Assembly (NCBI GenBank): GCA_964449215.1
Contig: CAYVAH010000001.1
Location: 32,865 to 96,864 of the forward strand
Origin: Candidatus Undinarchaeota archaeon
GTDB taxonomy: Archaea > SpSt-1190
Reading direction: 5' to 3'
Length of the DNA stretch: 64,000 nucleotides
Shown here piece after piece: positions 27,001 through 29,085 of the stretch. Numbering within the stretch: the first letter of the stretch is position 1; every line of letters starts with the position of its first letter. The notes beneath the pieces were generated by a model. That model saw only the letters and a list, made by a program, of their open reading frames with translations, made no database searches and was not told the DNA's origin. Both the position numbers and the translations under genes were made by a program.

Positions 27001-28387
27001 AGGGAGATATGTCGTTCAGGCAACCGCAAGCTACTGGTATGGCAGGAAATTCGCTCTGAGCACTGACAGCTTTGATGTTGTGATAGAACCGGCGCCCATA
27101 ACAGCAGTCAGAAGAATCTTTTCATCCTGGGTCACATGGGTGATATTCTTCATGCTGGCACCCATTGTATACTTCGCATACAGGTGGCTCTATCCATACT
27201 GGGTTAAGTGGAGGGAGAAGCAGAAATCCAAGCAGAGATACACCATGCCCATCGACATGGAAGAGCTTCCGAAAGAGGGACCGAGCTCCGTCAAGGTCGG
27301 GAAGCTTGCCGGGACGGATACTGATGCCTGGTTCGACCTCGATGACCTGATGACTCACGCCATAGTGGCGGGAGCCACAGGGTCCGGGAAGACCGTTTCG
27401 GCGATGGTGATAGCCGAGGAAGCACTGAAGAAGGGTAAGGCACTGGTGGTGTTCGACCCGACAGCCCAGTGGAGCGGCTTCCTTGCACCGGACAAAGACA
27501 AGAAGATGCTCAAGTTCTTCCCCAAGTTCGGGATGAAAGAAGAGGATGCGCGCTCATTCAAGGGGCTGATATTCGAAATAACTGACCCGGCACAGATATC
27601 CACAATAGACTTCAAAGAGTGGATAAGGCCCGGGGAAATAACGGTGTTCACACTCAACAAGCTCACAACCAGTCAGTTCGATGACGCCGTCAGGAATATC
27701 ATAACCACATTCTTCAACCAGGTCTGGGAGGAAAGTGCCGAGCTGAAAGTCCTGATTGTCTTCGACGAAGTTCACCGCCTGCTGGAGAAATACGGAGGTA
27801 AGGGTGGGTATGTTGCACTTGAAAAGGCTGCCAGGGAGTTCCGTAAGTGGGGCCTTGGAATGATGATGATATCGCAGGTCCTGAGCGACTTCAAGGAAGC
27901 TGTGAAGGGTAACGTGCTCACAGAGGTCCAGATGCACTCGAAGGGTCCGGACATAGAGCGTGTCAGGTCAAAGTATGGTGACGAATTCGCCGAGAGGCTG
28001 CTCCGCCAGGAAGTTGGTGTGGGCTTCGTCCAGAACCCGAAGTATAACAGGGGTAAACCCTGGTTCATAAACTTCCGCCCGCTTATCCACAGCCCGCACA
28101 AGCTACTTGAGGAGGAGCTCGACACTTATAAGCGGCTGGGAGCTATAATATGGGCAATCAGGGACAAGATAAAGGCCATGAAGGAGAAGGGCAAGGACAC
28201 AACAGACCTCGAGATGGAGCTCAAGCTCGCGGAGGACAAGCTCAAGACAGGAGCCTTCAGGATGGCCGAGATATATCTGGAAGGGCTGAGAAAGAGAGTG
28301 GGTGTCAAGGGAGAAAAACAGAAAAAAGAAAAACCAAAAAAAGGGACGGAAAAGAAGAAGAAAGCCAAAGGAGGTAAGAAGAAATGA
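2..28387 (+). CDS. Giant cell-surface repeat glycoprotein (>=9,461 aa in window, 5' end lies upstream of the window) with C-terminal TM helix and cytoplasmic HerA/FtsK-like (DUF87) P-loop ATPase domain
   Basis: Uninterrupted ORF of 28.3 kb. The frame is open from nt 2 with no upstream stop, and the first Met at 47 lies inside a repeat unit (NAF...GGWGE context), so the gene is truncated by the window. ~21 tandem ~320-aa units with conserved GGWGE, DxDxD, PDC..Y..G.Q.W, CYKD and YNCTW motifs. NxS/T sequons every ~10-15 aa. Ends with GA-rich linker, one TM helix, Walker A GATGSGKT and Walker B VLIVFDEVH, and a K-rich tail. Confidence 0.85.
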   Translation, partial: TTLNITEIRYTWKYGMLFNESQNAFTRLKIYEYVPLMENATLYINGNSSRTTGGWGENFTHSLWVRDRFGRNVSVYFWHRIVGNEWVLVDNSTCASCGSWTQMNFSYNYQPDDINTWEFKFNATNDDGNNSLEGFVYVVERDDVILNLNKPENYEIVNRSGSYTFSTRIYDTDNQTYPDGTIGKIFVSIFDQKNFEDSPPPLSASDGWLNRTVTNDDWCSNEGWYYLGNHSWYTATTGDQYIKDNSSAVRNFTLMGTLSNTITELIGENVSKEYNSTVIIEGNVTTDCGVTVTSPTAKFNLTNGQYYWECTGTPVGNTYQCNFPTSSAPYGWYNITMLSNQSLYWDGFAQQVASFYLASVPDVNASVDNLEAPWGKSPFNFTSYVTDQDNDTVTIRFWLKKGSGSWDNEHTDTKSNTSNYLTYYERTFTCPGPNDVGTWYFKVNATDTSGYWNETSIIQFNVTKEPIWVMHYLGDGKTINRSDNEPDTQTRLAVRLYDYILNTNRTDLLDSNVLFWVNGTSFVSTLNSSGKNYYHDYKPTCSFPAGNLSWKANFSGESCYADNSSVNFNIVVMGTLNGSLIVPDGNTNYSQGELFNITLNLTDDCNQTIGDADVWFNLTNTRTGDWYRCPSSGYAQFNGTYYLCEVNTSEFKGGWFDIYVNATRQYHWSYIKNYQNIYFQITPVTLSSPQHSAPGDGGWGENHSFSVIVDHYADVQVCLLEDLGSGWEITECKSIPQPTNQQVFFYRTYDCGPASSFVSYKFNASEPGVPSTLSNTTSQNHFIQKDDVQIVYIKGNESTVNRSSGYTPFILLINDTDKGEPAPYVQSYDSPRVRFFVHNGTTYLEDGSNVTNSSGYVEYRFNPSCSYERGRATWYGSTTLDACYKAENSGTYNVTILADIAPNITYPNGETFYRLASLVINITVEYKDECGLHYLNASANYTLISRGFGTHYNCTSIDDYENGTQICHFDASFADQGYYDVNITAWGVEYHNNATYRKNKTFNLIQLWKPPVLQNETVTPEQDGGWGENFTFSVNVSDENAEDVNVSLWLSPDNSTWEWIETQTCYDCGSITQLDFNYRDYDCSDKGTQYFKFNATDSHNSTDRTGLNFTVYADDVQFLYEGLSTGNDTTVNRWAGQLLKIRVYDPDNETYLPDSENTRFWVTTDGSSWGAPMDSQTDSSYTNVTFTPDCNYQVGPQLWKVGTFGNNCYKDTNSTLHLTTTITGYMSLTIDQPSGEMFFEGDNVTTRANITDECGSPTIADATVAFNVSHDSFSAQCKPVQNEGTGWYNCTWNVTGSPGGWYSVGMNASRQYYNNASTIKTNAFFHEIAPVLSGEYVTPNESHWGTEYTFKVNVTDEDDTVRVKLYHRKWPSTLWSEVETQYCSDCVNKTLTFKRTYTQTEIGTWEWKFTSTDDDLWFNTSVHNLTVNKRNVIVEYYRGNESNVTRYGDNSTLLTLVVKDAVSNSPIGQGLDGGFWVTTNGTSWGPKIPESTEEGSYLNHSFKPDCTYQTGKQKWKGGVDESTYYYAGNSSEYNVSIYSIINGTINIPNGTRMVRGSVLEIYGDVGDECPGLTKGATVKYRIYKGIEFIPSPDPANDLNNGTYNASWDTTGAALGWYNITMNISKEYHFDYYRKKVNAFYLGSGTELRNPWVDNSQDGWGYNYTFKVEVRDVENDVTNVSLWYSNSSSGPWKLIDWQEIQTTVFENVTFHHSFECQDYFDGPTTYYKFLANDSNGFMDETSPQTIILEQDDLGFIIESGSGASIDREGINPFTFIVSINDTDAGKLVGEGLNGSFYFTYDSTEFDAGHNTTTNATGQILYDHDPNCTYTTGVQLWYVSMHDNACYKDTDMGTSTYSVIGQLKNNIDIPIFGSEFNVTNRILIRFNVTSDCEEEGGINDTSSVEITPKHNGTGTEYSCSENNEGDGYYNCSWDSTGKPEGNYTIILQSSKGSYNSNTTILMNWFWLENLPTNYTRQWVSPSTGGWGEKFQFNVTVNDTEGDTVTCKLYVNTSDGFVYKGTDTITGTAGIDTVGNCSVEVNDFSCGEQGTAEFKWEITDGTASNPLNTTVTSGPTIEQDDTVTEYLLGNGSYVNRSGGVTELILRINDTDRGIYVQSNGTVWVYDGSYFPWSNRSNSTGHLKIEFTPDCSYSAGLWNWVGGAHGDDCYKDSNVSGYLVVNITGWMNTNVINPDGEKFLRGTNITIWANVSDECNNSVVGVALNFTMRSDQTGSLYYCAPIYDEGTGYYNCTFNTSGMDTQWYDIISNSSRQYFNPASDTKDNAFWVETAPFLFAPLVDPGVGGWGETFSPKVNVTDYDYDDLTVTCEKRKNGTSTWYSCGAQGKKGINQQAVFSTTFSSADIGNWTIRFNVTEDDGDIWNDTIETNFTLEKDDTEIHYVDGNESSVNRVSGIAQLKLKAVDTDNSGQQISSQPAAIWVTTDGSTWGSAWTTSTLTDGTISVDFNPGCEYDVGKQKWRGGLRLNDYWKMSNSSEFNVTITSEAKPYIIKPKSKIALRGVNDIELKGNLTDLGDCGLVSGGSLSFFVPSENYYECSATDLGNGNYSCTIPAATTGSWAYGWHNLTFNGTREYFAVYNDTVVDSFYLADDPELINPHVSQSSVPWGTQLNFDVTLIDLDPDNKTVYFWIKRPGQDWKLENSTLYVGATDGDGELIQFPFMTNCSDVGTDYFKFNVTDTSGYNDTTSGTDQFTIQEHGALLIIEGGAGDDVRREGDNFANLSVRVRDQTTAEYVGAGVNGSFWIPNKTENETIFVQTNGSGYFNYQFNPNCTHDIGTLNWKVGVVNDMCYVDVNTSSTVNVYGQLKNNLLLPAYDDSYNVMDPVPVRFNVSTDCPGEGLVENATTTVEMVSPGSGAFACTPVHNESGGWYNCTWDSTGMEEGYWDIRLNSSNEYFDDNSSTYGNWFWLENVPVTAENSTVWVMNWTVGGWESANLSERHGWTREFNFTINVNDTEGDNVTCRLWIKHNSTGEWSIAGSDAIQGTPGIPTQGECNVSYQGFSCADIGTNDFLWELQDGETANYWNTSIESLKLRESETNITISAGDGMQIDRNYETLPMTVFVFDKDNNEWTSGVNVSFWVSHDNLNPELDTVKKTSAGNATYWFSPDCSYTVGIQNWMAGVSDGCFQDVNTSQSTATIFGTQTHYLLSPDGEASLRGTNVTIRGNITDDCGNGLDDAYVNFTMTSDFTGEMFYCAPISNEGTGYYNCTFNTSGMPARWYDVTLNASRDYHHDGNESWDNSFFVSTEPILTTPKVNTSTYDGDDGPVGGYSEFFNFSVVVTDEDGDTVTADLWLRFWNKTTNSWNSWTHEGLKICADCNNTVLSYTKYNFLCENMGTWQYKWNATDQSDNPPGEGIEYSDEVSPNNFTVEEDDILIEYYAGSGGWIWRNGTETATLSTKVWDVDDQRYLSTGEASGTIWITRDGTNWDDGNLLSVLAGFFNFTFQPDCTNNYSVGLQNWISGTTGNSCFKNANSSTHNITLKTYMTGQKDYPDGDAYERGKLVNFSYYVEDECSVGITELTRTLKLKSGTTTYTITSGITDHGNGTYTYSWDSEGKVLGWYNTSFEVSKEHYVPLNISDSDVFYLGEPPELQLESVDKILGGWGESWHFQVQCRDLEGDTDMVYLWLKKNSTAQWELRSQQSCTSTSFLILDFYDNYTCDYITPQADNTLWKFNASDQWNFTDETPEHTITIEKDDVSIEHVSGHLGNVDREGFGTVTLAVRAYDPDKLEYLPAGRSGTVYVTTDGSSWDSGNTNSTDSSGNVYFIFNPNCSYGTGIQKWRGGIEGDSCYKDSFSPDFTLTVYGQLKIALDQPPEGSTYQTTEIVDIRLNVSTDCQDEGLLNDSTVNITLNSPLDDSESCTPVNNEGDGYYNCSWDTTLKMPGYWDIFTNASREYYHHNYTQYNDWIELKNSPTQYSDMNVTPQVSGWGDLYNYSVNISDPDFDSVNCTLYISTNGGSSYQSIDTMILPGGNGTCYFEKEYSCDDIGEDNYFYFVLKDGYNLVQTDTVQGPNITKDTLSIQHETGDGGEVNRSVNSLTLRVNVTDLDKETIADDNIVVYFNITTDGTNYILEDQDNTTQGKASIDFGPDCTYDVGNQKWFAYTENTTCYYPANTSEFNLTIIGKLQNTVILPNGTEHYIGEDNVTIRVNVTDDCGDLIDAEYINFSSINQDSSQKFYCSPIVHEGTGYYNCTFNTSGMPTRWYDVEVHSNLTFHTLSTATRTSAFWIETRPTISLVSVTSEQGGSVGGWGETWTYKVNITDLDKDEVKAYLWERPAGGEFHLISPSGKSKPAGIATQIVTFTYAGYSCTDLTTSANREWFVNGTDDPSGEIKDPANTSVGSFTLERNDILISLDQGNNSMLNRSNVTNGERAKLRVHIQDTDRGSSINTQDTAKFWVTTDGSSYALDKQTTTVEPGGYVSDNFPTANKCNYDIGPQKWKVDFGETCYKPTMSDEWNITLFTNPLMVTLYEPDGGTYRQSEDDINFTGMVSDDCGGVAGATVEFKAKQGPETKSCTSINDKGNGNYSCTIPASSTSTWILGFYNTTINASKQYYNSSDVLQIDDGLKLVTDPSIENMQVSTSDSNNPFGWGELWTFEVQLYDSDQDTYNFEKVNVSLNYYNGTKWVVLNTTICSAPDCATTSFIDFYRYFTCDNIGTDIPFSFTAEDYWGYKTTYNFTQTITKDDAEITITLQPSSVDREGGMETLQARVFDKDHFVYPGTGVNTSFEVTYDGSNFDTPVYKATDSGSYASYDFNPNCSYGVGQQTWKVSVLTDRCYSSSFLGSPSAFITVLGQLKNNLMEPENGSSFNILVDSVFLRLNISTDCQGEGLQENATTTIELISPYGQVYNCTPVKNETGGYYNCTWDTTGKAEGWWDVRLNSSKQNYNKNSTTYCDRFWLENSPPTTQNETIRVFNYSSGSWYNSLTGAWSALYNYSINVTDFEGDEINCSLWISKDNGTSWEMVGYDFHSATYGTTNNVYCSVVYQGFDCGDIDTPENGSWIPEKAKKFKWTIMDSTPGNTYNTSYRWGPNVTEARARIEHMEGNNSLFIRNQDTKPLVVNVFDLDKNASATSNVSFWVTTDASSFRLELTNRSGPDGNATYWFAPNCDHLVGPSYYYQKWKAMINDGCYLEKNTTEFQYRLVGFLSPQITATRNETLDARTIFLRGTNVTVNISVDDECSVNVDNVEMNVSLVSQYGNTFTCSPIDELGSGEYSCEQNTTGMPARWYNITASFTYQPWYLDANASKTSPMSGYGYGAFFIETKPILSLEKVNTSNYDGDDGPVGGYSELFNYTVRVTDEDGDQVKVQLWYSKWLDPGWGDWEKLLTTSTSSGGSGVNFATCTDCNNTLVWLAKDNYLCSEMSKYRFKINATDEIGSPGGYDSESNTYGYETSDHNYTVEEDDVEVLHSKGNGSTVWRNGTASTTLETYVFDIDDQSNLSVGEARGRLWMTKDHSNYEFISTLDLQGSPGETGYFTYDFYPDCTYDVGKQKWIVETAPMPGTTCYKFVNSSEFETTPRGFLNMTINLPDGEYVERYEDNVTVDFYVYDDCNQGKSGTVTQIRFIHPQETYIIYDASITDHGNGTYTYVWDPDVGGAKIGQYNISIDSDYENYYDPYYENTTGFKEKAFWIQTRPSLWSPTVFSVDDGGWGETWTYQVYCRDEDYDNISLLLWKKKDSSSEWVLIDTKYCQYSGIDGTIISFQNNYFTCDDVTPEGEQTLWKINTTDPWNFNQSTGDQTQTIHKDDVSVFPYYPTKTEISREGPDNTTFKFSISDTDRGNAPVGANISSVAWVTSNIASESGDWTVVSLNKTVSDSSVTFLFNPNCSHNASYLLWKGGTFNDSCYKDANFSTSFYSSKSKIHVIGQLKNFINHPPNGSKFFVGELINFTFNVTDECYSNWGPIENATVNFSIILPGIQQDNYTQDDLTYVGNGLYNFSWNTYFHKGGYWDIEVFTNKTHYYANTTYFDNYLYLNNTPPLVENFSVTPAVEGWGRTFTYSADIYDSQKDNVTCKLFVTTDGGSNWEYKGEQVIYWGNGTCEINVTDFDCSDRGTDNYYRFQIDDGTEGNLRNTTDIYGPNITEDDVGVYYAYGNATNVSRKGTNYTSLSFLVTDLDRGNITVSDANGTFWITRNGVTYVTQPVVQTNSSGYVVYQFNPDCDPLYETMVQKWKAGVVDGCYVDTNLTDTYELTVMGDLTNNLDYIYKNSIPTAPPVNLTKGEEDLIADIHVTDDCGLDISSASVNISWISEYGNRYNCTVSDSGNGIYKCNMPTDAMKARWYDIEINSSKQPYYYDSLNTLQQNVLFLETRPIVTNLTCLNCPGGWGETFYFATTLTDEDLDNLTLKLFVRKPGTGFFYEMNSTNVTAPIINKTVVLSVPDTTFECPTHLGTGEFRFESQDDRKLTQSNTTNYTVERDDVRFEVSEGDGDFVWRNGTGALNLSLVVWDDDRNTTISGIQGTVWVTVNQSSWDSGKGIGTNGSGYLNYEFMNELPPGGQRCDYELGPQWWRGWVNDSCYKDTYSQNYSLTIRAELLPVIHIPDGEGYLLGDHILVAGTVSDDCPPPVENATVTYKLKRGSNTYTCSPTNSYNWTENLGWYNCTWDAGSRVKGWYDIEMQTSKAYYADNSTTKVQAFFLGEAPTLENPQVDHDYGGWGEEYVFQVIFSDPDYHSNNVSLWVSSDNVTWWLKDWKSAIGVDTTVQFFERFTCDDISSFPDGVKYWKVRAVDPFNYSDETQPKNITFIRDDVTVTPQATSNSSIRRMGTGEAYLEFRIYDTDLGVYPNESSTRVWITENFTNYSVVKSCNSTNGYCNVSWDPTCTAEAGVQNWVAGTMDKCYQQVNSTPTDLEVIGQLYLQPNQPEYHEIVNRNTTTEMNTSVTDECGNYVENATVIWYNEIWDQIASGYYANWSIAAGYELGSETINVNATKTHYDEGTNSTVVYVYGWSSITDISPESGSEFDAGNSIVVDCTVKDANIGSPIPGYSVDFFKNGTYQDTKVTQPNGVATWQWNTNTEPPSWFNISCRINDSSTMFYNTSVDTASTMIRIRRPLIFEYISTVPGTIYRNDSYNPHESNISVKVVEAQTGPSDGANVTFYNQTYSLIDYCITNSDGKCWILYNATNTITPDIYRIYLNATKDGTEPSVTNYTSVKVMGVLYLNITSPVNGSEHNKGETIDLTVDVWDENNNTITSADAYWWNETDMVGQGLSTTLNLKTQQTGWRNISVEVRKDCASYPGTECYDRAWNYSIIKINGLAGVKWVSPPSYANPPWYELTIYVPYNFTCNVYDEITGNGIYNYTTNVWYRFGTGPWIHAGTLQSNIDGDVSYTYEPNQKGDLTFKCNITDDPDKLYQAGASEASATFNVKDNVLPTIEDNYIYPTYGIEANLNHTTIYATISDNIGISATWVSIELPNGTYFTDSMVRYPDVVVDKKISDQNSTGFTHVENASEPGEMKHFNVTIHNNESFNVYFNLTINGELVFPNVTASAGSNTTVDAVENHSFSLPEPLDVEVQFFNGTGEPVNVSHVAFLDYRLSSYRYNYSYYPEIGGNYNVTIYAQDLPPESNIQSKFTGSFYVWGTTNVTAKNTPKFDVAVGITQINSYTFQLVANITNNGPANAWNVSMNITDDSWNYTEYWNGTHQQTYFYCGKIPANKSCVIPINVTIKEKTPPVVIIITSNVSWRNPDKSWNYTSDTTEVEVADTPVIEILEDELIAQAPHGMRSYLGNLTIASTGNSPVFDLEVFPVGGNLFYECPECNLILFPDSQGIMNAGTNYTMDVELDVPGGQTPGEYWTVIRANTSNAAYDDALLNVTIPWNSSWTRSPSGLGTILALLNTNDTIGNVTIKNIGNVRVYVTTYISGAGATLVTAEPRTMGISKLTSRNLTVSYSIPPDISQGLFPVQLTLRAKDEKGDDAGQETVTFTLNVTDLPPAIENIYVEPRDFEIYHDVVNISATITDNFEVSLAWLNITLPNGTFYRKYMNNTGSFYFSDYSTNITGLYILRICANDSRQLEGCTAPINLTANANTSLKFLPNRELVVDNARWLDPVNFTLNYTIKNARYSRAFNITANYSSPDGWNVYPLGVNISLLLKQEEYNDTLNIEVPAATLPGNYSFNVLLNWTNLDNTTGLNDTNFTIEVLENPLIESTPEEMKFTIINKEWKNKTLFVESAGNVIVNAVNVTCFGGVVCENMSVNITPSVLGSMPPGTLALVDIRVQVPEIFETGLYDGYLFVNGTESSDLTRLWVRVPLNISWEHNPTSIYRKLVQGESGEFGVVTIKNTGNVLTKLWLNVTGNITGYVSLNESYLEIPIEEERYVAINYSMPPTYDQLYLSGAFISENNSANITQQATSLGMMVHPLWVTIISPTQTSPTINVSNGTTINVNISATYGYSLIQSGITFNASLHRNGTYYDVNESYYYNDTDFLWHLNFTAPDLNRSTGYDLVVTGNYSLYDIAKTDREDKAVIYYDVIPPVVDLRPPAKASVNGTAMIRLNATDAGGVKDATATITFPDGNTVKSYEMHLDYIAGDTYAFSLAFNETWQEGIYGVSAKACDYSGNCGSDTGQFATFQYARFYGRTLDLEKSDETPINLTFDLYEEGTMNLLQTVYPNETGHYNETIDVRTYDIEAGFSNMSCKFYGVPIFTDVYNPVQMGRISPSLIGKGSLVGMELVENLSFSSAKIKFSYAGYEGIDTSNLAVYTCEDWVRFSGCANNSWVRSNSTVVEPGTEEAYVIVSDLSEAYALAEYVCGNDVCETPYGETTAVCPQDCPAGGAGAGGAAAGGGAGGGAAGGAAVAPAPTPTIPAEKFKPVPVEFKAPVIDITIYPGESKVFGVEVTNNMENSTTGRTYAEGPVWTLLEFQFENFTVENKSTRTVQINVVPTANVTPGVYTGDIVLEVAGIKHRIPASVAVEILEEPLLDVKVKTLTKRVAPGEPLKFEVTLINMGGTEEIEDIVVNYTVMTLEGEETTITIAGETVAVENLNRYVREVTIPEDVPEGRYVVQATASYWYGRKFALSTDSFDVVIEPAPITAVRRIFSSWVTWVIFFMLAPIVYFAYRWLYPYWVKWREKQKSKQRYTMPIDMEELPKEGPSSVKVGKLAGTDTDAWFDLDDLMTHAIVAGATGSGKTVSAMVIAEEALKKGKALVVFDPTAQWSGFLAPDKDKKMLKFFPKFGMKEEDARSFKGLIFEITDPAQISTIDFKEWIRPGEITVFTLNKLTTSQFDDAVRNIITTFFNQVWEESAELKVLIVFDEVHRLLEKYGGKGGYVALEKAAREFRKWGLGMMMISQVLSDFKEAVKGNVLTEVQMHSKGPDIERVRSKYGDEFAERLLRQEVGVGFVQNPKYNRGKPWFINFRPLIHSPHKLLEEELDTYKRLGAIIWAIRDKIKAMKEKGKDTTDLEMELKLAEDKLKTGAFRMAEIYLEGLRKRVGVKGEKQKKEKPKKGTEKKKKAKGGKKK
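47..20250 (+). repeat. Intragenic tandem array of ~21 divergent ~0.96-1.0 kb coding repeats (tri-domain Ig-like/beta-sandwich units) of the giant protein
   Basis: GGWGE-type motif recurs at nt ~161, ~1115 (degenerate), 2091, 3070, 4030, 4975, 5945, 6898, 7858, 8830, 9845, 10845, 11820, 12785, 13805, 14825, 15895, 16980, 18010, 19000, 19990. Each unit then contains DDV..Y..GN.S.VNR.G, F.PDC.Y..G.Q.W..G..CYKD.N and GQLKNN..D.C..EG.GYYNCTW..G..WYD motifs. Units are divergent, not identical at DNA level. Confidence 0.7.
26321..26420 (+). other. Gly/Ala-rich low-complexity linker of giant protein (AGGAGAGGAAAGGGAGGGAAGGAAVAPAPTPT) encoded by purine/GC-rich tract
   Basis: Read directly: gcaggaggggcaggagcagggggagcagcagcagggggtggagccggtgggggagcagcgggaggagcagcc. 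Confidence 0.8.
27115..27190 (+). other. Single predicted transmembrane helix of giant protein (IFSSWVTWVIFFMLAPIVYFAYRWL)
   Basis: ~24 hydrophobic residues followed by a positively charged stretch (YWVKWREKQKSKQR), consistent with extracellular N-side and cytoplasmic C-side. Confidence 0.65.
27215..28320 (+). other. HerA/FtsK-superfamily (DUF87-like) P-loop ATPase domain, C-terminal cytoplasmic portion of giant protein, followed by Lys-rich tail
   Basis: Walker A HAIVAGATGSGKT (nt ~27368-27393) and Walker B KVLIVFDEVHRLL (nt ~27749-27775). The downstream EFRKWGLGMMMISQVLSDF...VLTEVQMH matches the arginine-finger/sensor region typical of HerA/VirB4/DUF87 ATPases. Tail is KQKKEKPKKGTEKKKKAKGGKKK. 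Confidence 0.7.
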
Positions 28388-29085
28388 AATGTCTGGTGGC
28401 GATGATGCTCCTGGCCGGAACATTCGCCCTCAGCTTCAGTTATGATGGCGAAGTTTTCGTGACCCCCGGTGAGGAAAGAGTGGTGAAGATATACCTGCAG
28501 AGCGAAAATGAAAGTGGAGTTTACCCTGTCACCTGCTCCTCAAGTATTTCTGTGAAATGTCCGAACTACGTGAGGATAAACCCGGGATCGGAAACCTTCG
28601 TTGCCCTGGAGCTCACAGCGGGAATCGGGCGGCATCTGGTGAATGTCTCGATAGGAGGGAGACCAATACGGTTTGTCGTTGAGTCTTCGAACCACACAGA
28701 TGTGTTTTACAATATGCTCCAGAGATACAACAACAGTTTTTTCAGGCTCGAAGCAAGGTATGGAAAGAGTGAACTCCTTGACCTGGGGAAGCTCCTGGTT
28801 TCGGAGGGGTTCTCCCACTACAAAAAAGGGGAATATCCTGCAGTCAAAGGAATTCTGGAAAATCTCGAGACGCTGCTCGGTGAATATTATGCCTCCATTG
28901 GAACCGTGGAGGAACAGCCAGCCAGACTTGAGCTGTCTTTCATTCCCCTCCTCCTAGTTGGAGGAATGCTCGGGGCTTACACCATTGCAACAAGGAAGCC
29001 GAAGAGAAACTCCGGGGCAGGGGAACTGAGCAAACTTATGGAAAAGGAGTTTGGAGGTGGAGTTGTTGGCAAAAAAGAAGACTAA
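28384..29085 (+). CDS. Small secreted/membrane-anchored protein (N-terminal signal peptide, C-terminal TM anchor), translationally coupled to the giant gene
   Basis: ATGA start/stop overlap with the giant ORF. N-terminus MKCLVAMMLLAGTFALS is signal-peptide-like. C-terminal LSFIPLLLVGGMLGAYTIATRKPKR is a TM plus stop-transfer. No recognisable family. Confidence 0.6.
   Translation: MKCLVAMMLLAGTFALSFSYDGEVFVTPGEERVVKIYLQSENESGVYPVTCSSSISVKCPNYVRINPGSETFVALELTAGIGRHLVNVSIGGRPIRFVVESSNHTDVFYNMLQRYNNSFFRLEARYGKSELLDLGKLLVSEGFSHYKKGEYPAVKGILENLETLLGEYYASIGTVEEQPARLELSFIPLLLVGGMLGAYTIATRKPKRNSGAGELSKLMEKEFGGGVVGKKED

Noticed and set aside
29051-29085. Treating 29051 as a genuine Met start for the coiled-coil gene
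   Set aside because: The codon is TTG and lies only 2 nt after a weak SD. Better candidates are TTG 29063/29066 after GGAGGTGG, or ATG 29234. The start is left flagged as uncertain.
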